Source of the DNA: Bdellovibrionales bacterium
GTDB lineage: Bacteria > Bdellovibrionota > Bdellovibrionia > Bdellovibrionales > UBA1609
Assembly (NCBI GenBank): GCA_965200875.1
Contig: OZ241456.1
Location: 448,001 to 512,000, forward strand
Direction of reading: 5' to 3'
Length of the DNA stretch: 64,000 nucleotides
Position 1 is the stretch's first letter; each line of letters opens with the position of its first letter. This document shows, in pieces, positions 59,995 through 64,000 of the stretch. A program made the position numbers and the translations under genes. Under the pieces are notes generated by a model that worked only from the letters and a program-made list of their open reading frames with translations, made no database searches and had not been told where the DNA came from.

Positions 59995-60576
59995 ATGAAC
60001 CAAAAGTTTTTGACGGTGTTGGAACATTTACTGCAAAAAATCAAGGCAAAAGTCGGGTCTCGGACAGAACCGGTTTTGGCTGGTATTTGGTCTGATGAGC
60101 AGGCATTTTTATCCGCAATAAAAGACTTAAAACAGAAAGGCTATAAAAAAATTTCAGCCATTACCCCCTGCCCTGTACATGGTTTGGAAGATCTGTTGGA
60201 GATCAAAAGATCCTGGATTCCGTGGGTGACTTTTGTGTTTGGCACAGTTGGCTGTCTTTTTGGTTTGTGGTTTACCTGGTGGACTTCCGCGGTGGATTGG
60301 CCTTTGATTATTGGCGGAAAGCCTTTTTGGTCTCTGCCGGCTTTTATCCCTGTGATTTTTGAATGCACTATTTTGTTGGGTGCGCTTTCCTCTGTGGGGG
60401 CTTTGTTTTATGCGTGTGGCATTCCCTCCGTGGACCCTCCTGTGTTGGATAAAGACCTCACCTCCCACAAGTTTGCGATTTACTTTAAATTAAAAGATAA
60501 AAAACAATCTTCAGCAGACTTGGAACAAGAATTAAAATCCTTGGGTGCAGAAAGTGTTCTGCACTCGGAGTTCTAA
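59995..60576 (+). CDS. DUF3341 / alternative complex III ActD-like protein
   Basis: TPCPVHGL, DWPLIIGGKP, PAFIPVIFE. Confidence 0.88.
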   Translation: MNQKFLTVLEHLLQKIKAKVGSRTEPVLAGIWSDEQAFLSAIKDLKQKGYKKISAITPCPVHGLEDLLEIKRSWIPWVTFVFGTVGCLFGLWFTWWTSAVDWPLIIGGKPFWSLPAFIPVIFECTILLGALSSVGALFYACGIPSVDPPVLDKDLTSHKFAIYFKLKDKKQSSADLEQELKSLGAESVLHSEF

Positions 60577-60615
60577 ATTAAAGGCCCGTGAAAAAAGTTT
60601 GGTAGGTATAGAATT

Positions 60616-61248
60616 ATGAAAAATAGCTTTTATAAAAACCTCCTGTTGCTTTTTTCTCCTATGTTGCTTTTCCTGCGAGCTGGTTTTATACAGGGGATAT
60701 TGTTGCTCCTATTAGGTGGAGCACTGGTTGGTTGCACTTGCAGTGGTGGAAAAAATCGCACAGACTTTGAGCTTTTTCACGATATGCTGAAACAACAACA
60801 TATTAAAGCACAAGAAGGAGACGAAAAAGGAACTTTTATGCGTGTCCCTCCTGAAAACACCCGTGCACGAAATCAGAAATATTATCCTTATAAAGGTGAA
60901 CCGGAAAAAGCAGGGAAAAATTTGATAAATCCTTTTTCCAATCAATTTTCTCCAGAGATTATCGGTATTGGCAAAAGGCAATACGAAAGAGCTTGCATTT
61001 ACTGCCACGGCGGGACAGGGAAAGGTGAAGGAAAGGTGGCGCAAAAAATGGTTGTAAAGCCCCCTTCTTTATTGGAAGAAAAAGCCATAAATTACTCAGA
61101 CGGGCGAATGTATCATATTATCCACGAAGGGCAAGGCGTGATGGGAAGTTATCGCAAGCAGGTTCGTGGAGAAAAAGAAAGATGGGCTTTGGTGAATTAT
61201 ATCAGGATGTTGCAAAAACAAGCTCTGCAAGAAGAGCTGGAAAAATAA
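60616..61248 (+). CDS. Monoheme cytochrome c lipoprotein, ActE-like
   Basis: LVGC lipobox; DM..Q; CIYCH; GVM; RWALVNYIR.LQ. Confidence 0.88.
   Translation: MKNSFYKNLLLLFSPMLLFLRAGFIQGILLLLLGGALVGCTCSGGKNRTDFELFHDMLKQQHIKAQEGDEKGTFMRVPPENTRARNQKYYPYKGEPEKAGKNLINPFSNQFSPEIIGIGKRQYERACIYCHGGTGKGEGKVAQKMVVKPPSLLEEKAINYSDGRMYHIIHEGQGVMGSYRKQVRGEKERWALVNYIRMLQKQALQEELEK
61190..61221. repeat. Left 32-bp direct repeat flanking the R-M module (3' part of the actE-like gene)
   Basis: TGGTGAATTATATCAGGATGTTGCAAAAACAA. Confidence 0.85.
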
Positions 61249-61315
61249 AGATATGGTTGAATTTTAAAAATGTGAATGTGGTTTCTTGGTGAAGTTCAGA
61301 AATGGAAAATAACTG

Positions 61316-62308
61316 ATGAAGAAAAAAATGGAATTAAGGAAAAAAAGTGAAATGGTTTATCCACTTGGTTCTGATGGGGTTGCTATTGCAAACTCTTGGA
61401 ATCGTGCCAACTTTAGTGTTGTGCTTTATCCTGGCGATTGTCTAAAACTTCTTAAACAGATACCGGATGAGAAGATACAGCTGATAGTGACTTCTCCACC
61501 ATACAATATTGGGAAGGAATATGAAAACAAGTTAAAATTGGATATTTACAAGGAACAGCAAGCTCAAGTCATAAAGGAATGTGTGAGGGTTTTATCTAAA
61601 AACGGCAGTTTATGCTGGCAAGTGGGTAACTATGTTCATAAAGGCACTATTATTCCTTTAGATACTATTTTGCACCCTGTTTTTTCTTCTTTTAATTTAA
61701 AAATGCGAAATCGTATTATATGGCACTTTGAACATGGCTTGCATTGTTCAAAAAGATTTTCAGGAAGATACGAAACTATCGTGTGGTTTACAAAATCAGA
61801 CAATTATGTGTTTAATCTGGATCCGGTCAGGATTCCTCAAAAATATCCGCGCAAAAAATATTTTAAAGGGCCAAAAGCTGGGCAATATTCCTGCCATCCT
61901 TTTGGGAAAAACCCAGGGGATTTGTGGATGATTCCGAATGTGAAACACAATCATGTGGAAAAGACGAACCATCCATGTCAATTTCCTGTGGAATTAGTGG
62001 AAAGGTTGATTCTTTCCATGACTGATAAGGGTGATTGGATTTTGGATCCCTTCTTAGGTTCTGGCAGTAGTATTATAGCGGCTCTTAAACAGGGGAGACG
62101 GGGAGCAGGTGCTGAAACTAATAAAAAGTATGTGAAGATTGCTTATGAGAGAATCAAGAAGTTTGAACAGGGCACTTTAAAAACCCGAAAGATGCACACC
62201 CCAATTTATGATCCCAATCAGCCAAAACCATCACCATCACGAAAAAACTATGATAATAGTTTACACTTGGATCAAATAAACTTATTTAATAACCTAGATT
62301 CTTATTAA
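61316..62308 (+). CDS. Site-specific DNA methyltransferase (N4/N6, beta class)
   Basis: TSPPY precedes HPCQFP and LDPFLGSGS. Confidence 0.93.
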   Translation: MKKKMELRKKSEMVYPLGSDGVAIANSWNRANFSVVLYPGDCLKLLKQIPDEKIQLIVTSPPYNIGKEYENKLKLDIYKEQQAQVIKECVRVLSKNGSLCWQVGNYVHKGTIIPLDTILHPVFSSFNLKMRNRIIWHFEHGLHCSKRFSGRYETIVWFTKSDNYVFNLDPVRIPQKYPRKKYFKGPKAGQYSCHPFGKNPGDLWMIPNVKHNHVEKTNHPCQFPVELVERLILSMTDKGDWILDPFLGSGSSIIAALKQGRRGAGAETNKKYVKIAYERIKKFEQGTLKTRKMHTPIYDPNQPKPSPSRKNYDNSLHLDQINLFNNLDSY

Positions 62309-62318
62309 AGGTACATTG

Positions 62319-62927
62319 ATGAAAATATCTGAAACCTACTCTCATTTAAACGGATTAGAATATCTACTTGTTCACAAAAACAACCTATGGACAGAGCTTA
62401 AAAAAGTGATTTCTTCTGTAGACGCAGAAAAATGCAAAACAAAAATTTCTAAAGAAAAAATGAAAAAAGGACAGAAACTGTATAGTCCAATACAAATGAA
62501 TCAAGAATTTAAGAAATTGCTGGGTGAAAAAAAATGGCAGGAAAGCCGGGTTAATTACTGGGTGACGAAAAATGAAAAGCTTATTAGAAAAACGTTAACT
62601 ATGCCTGTAGATGATCAAAAAAAAGAAATAGAGTTGGCCGATGAGATTCCTATTATGAGTTATAACCAAACAGATTTTATTAAAGCTCGTGTGGCTGTTG
62701 AAGTTCAATTTGGAAAATACGCTTTTGTAGCTTATGATCTATTTGTAAAACATTTGGCTTTTTATGTGGGTGATACGATTGATGTGGGCATTGAAATACT
62801 ACCTATGAAGTCTTTACAAAAGAATATGAGTTCAGGAGTGGCTTATTATGAAGGGGAATTATATAATATGGTTCGTCAGGGGCGAGGAGTCCCGGCAGTT
62901 CCGATTGTGCTAATAGGTGTTGAGTGA
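62319..62927 (+). CDS. BglII/BstYI-family type II restriction endonuclease
   Basis: YSHLNGLE, NQTDFIK.RVAVEVQFGKY, IDVGIEI.P, PAVP. Confidence 0.85.
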   Translation: MKISETYSHLNGLEYLLVHKNNLWTELKKVISSVDAEKCKTKISKEKMKKGQKLYSPIQMNQEFKKLLGEKKWQESRVNYWVTKNEKLIRKTLTMPVDDQKKEIELADEIPIMSYNQTDFIKARVAVEVQFGKYAFVAYDLFVKHLAFYVGDTIDVGIEILPMKSLQKNMSSGVAYYEGELYNMVRQGRGVPAVPIVLIGVE

Positions 62928-62937
62928 TGAAAGTATC

Positions 62938-62969
62938 TGGTGAATTATATCAGGATGTTGGAAAAACAA
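62938..62969. repeat. Right 32-bp direct repeat flanking the R-M module
   Basis: TGGTGAATTATATCAGGATGTTGGAAAAACAA, one mismatch to the 61190 copy. Confidence 0.85.
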
Positions 62970-62990
62970 ATTCTTCTCTGAGCAAATAAT

Positions 62991-64000
62991 ATGGAAACAC
63001 ACCATAAGCTTTTTTTTTCGGATTCTAGAAAAATGTCTGAAATTAAAAATGAGTCCGTTAACTTGATAGTCACCTCTCCTGCCTATCCCATGATTGAAAT
63101 GTGGGATACTCTCTATAACGATCTTAATCCAAAAATTGGTCAAGCCCTTGCACTCAACCAAGGGAAAAAAGCTTTTGAGTGGATGCACAAAGAGTTGGAT
63201 AAAACATGGAAGGAGGCACTTAGGGTTTTAAAACCTGGTGGCATAGCCTGTATAAATATCGGAGATGCGACACGCACTATAAACGGGCAGTTTCAACTTT
63301 ATTCCAATCATTCCCGTATAACAAGAAAATTTAAGGAATTAGGGTTTCATGTTCTCCCCATGATTTTATGGCACAAAAAAACCAATGCACCTAATAAGTT
63401 TATGGGTTCAGGGATGTTACCTGCTGGGGCGTATGTCACTTTGGAACATGAGTATATTTTGGTGTTTCGAAAAGGATCAAAAAGGGTCTTTAAAACTCCA
63501 AAGGAAAAACAGCTCAGGAAAGAAAGTGCTTTCTTTTGGGAGGAGAGAAATAAGTGGTTTTCTGATATATGGTTTGATTTAACCGGCGTGCCCCAAAATA
63601 TAAGACAACTAGGAACGAGAAACAGAAGTGCAGCGTTTCCTTTTGAGCTGGCTTATCGCTTAATATGTATGTTTTCTGTCTACAAAGACACAGTGTTAGA
63701 TCCTTTTCTTGGCACAGGAACTACGGCTCTTTCCTGTATGGCAACCGGAAGAAATAGCATTGGATTTGAAATAGACCCTGTGTTTCAAAAACAGATTATC
63801 AATCAATCCATAAATGCTGTAACTGTTCTGAACAATAAAATCTTTCAACGATTGACAAATCATATTCAATTTATCAGAGATTTTAGTTTGAAAAAAGGAG
63901 AGATGAAATACCAAAATCTATTTTACAAGTTTCCTGTGATGACAAGGCAGGAGACTTTAATCCACTTGCCTTTCTTGAAAACCATAAAACTTATGAGTGA
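62991..64000 (+). CDS. Second N4/N6 DNA methyltransferase, partial (runs off the right edge)
   Basis: Hand translation: METHHKLFFSDSR...LIVTSPAYPMIEMWD...RVLKPGG...AAFP...LDPFLGTGTT. Confidence 0.88.
   Translation, partial: METHHKLFFSDSRKMSEIKNESVNLIVTSPAYPMIEMWDTLYNDLNPKIGQALALNQGKKAFEWMHKELDKTWKEALRVLKPGGIACINIGDATRTINGQFQLYSNHSRITRKFKELGFHVLPMILWHKKTNAPNKFMGSGMLPAGAYVTLEHEYILVFRKGSKRVFKTPKEKQLRKESAFFWEERNKWFSDIWFDLTGVPQNIRQLGTRNRSAAFPFELAYRLICMFSVYKDTVLDPFLGTGTTALSCMATGRNSIGFEIDPVFQKQIINQSINAVTVLNNKIFQRLTNHIQFIRDFSLKKGEMKYQNLFYKFPVMTRQETLIHLPFLKTIKLMS

Noticed and set aside
62319..62927. Avoidance of RGATCY sites as evidence of specificity
   Set aside because: AGATCT and GGATCC occur repeatedly in the window; specificity cannot be inferred without counts or a methylome.

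Overview
AT-rich bacterial chromosomal window. The gene set (rpsU-yqeY-dnaG-rpoD plus a CAT tRNA, ActD/ActE, pilin-like and many secreted hypothetical proteins) suggests Bdellovibrionota, possibly host-associated given the ankyrin, pentapeptide and coiled-coil repeat genes; this is inference only. The housekeeping backbone is guaA, thyA-folA, dapD, murI, two tRNA-Leu, exbB/D, E2-lipA, asd, truA, mpg and dps. Accessory and defence DNA is interspersed: a KAP NTPase, an ABC/AAA-ATPase + PIN pair, a decaying defence island (DUF4143 ATPase, truncated nuclease, DSR1-like sirtuin, IS200 remnant, nonsense-interrupted AbiTii-like gene) and a BglII/BstYI-type R-M module between 32-bp direct repeats. Notable signals read directly from the sequence: (i) a ~143-bp MITE family with TANNTA target sites, about a dozen copies or ends, that truncates or terminates genes; (ii) a FadI/FadJ-like pair whose thiolase has lost all catalytic motifs yet keeps an open frame; (iii) a secreted protein whose Cys-bounded hydrophobic C-terminal cassette has ~84% A-ending codons; (iv) pervasive in-frame loop insertions and short duplications in core enzymes. 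All assignments come from motif recognition, with no database searches.
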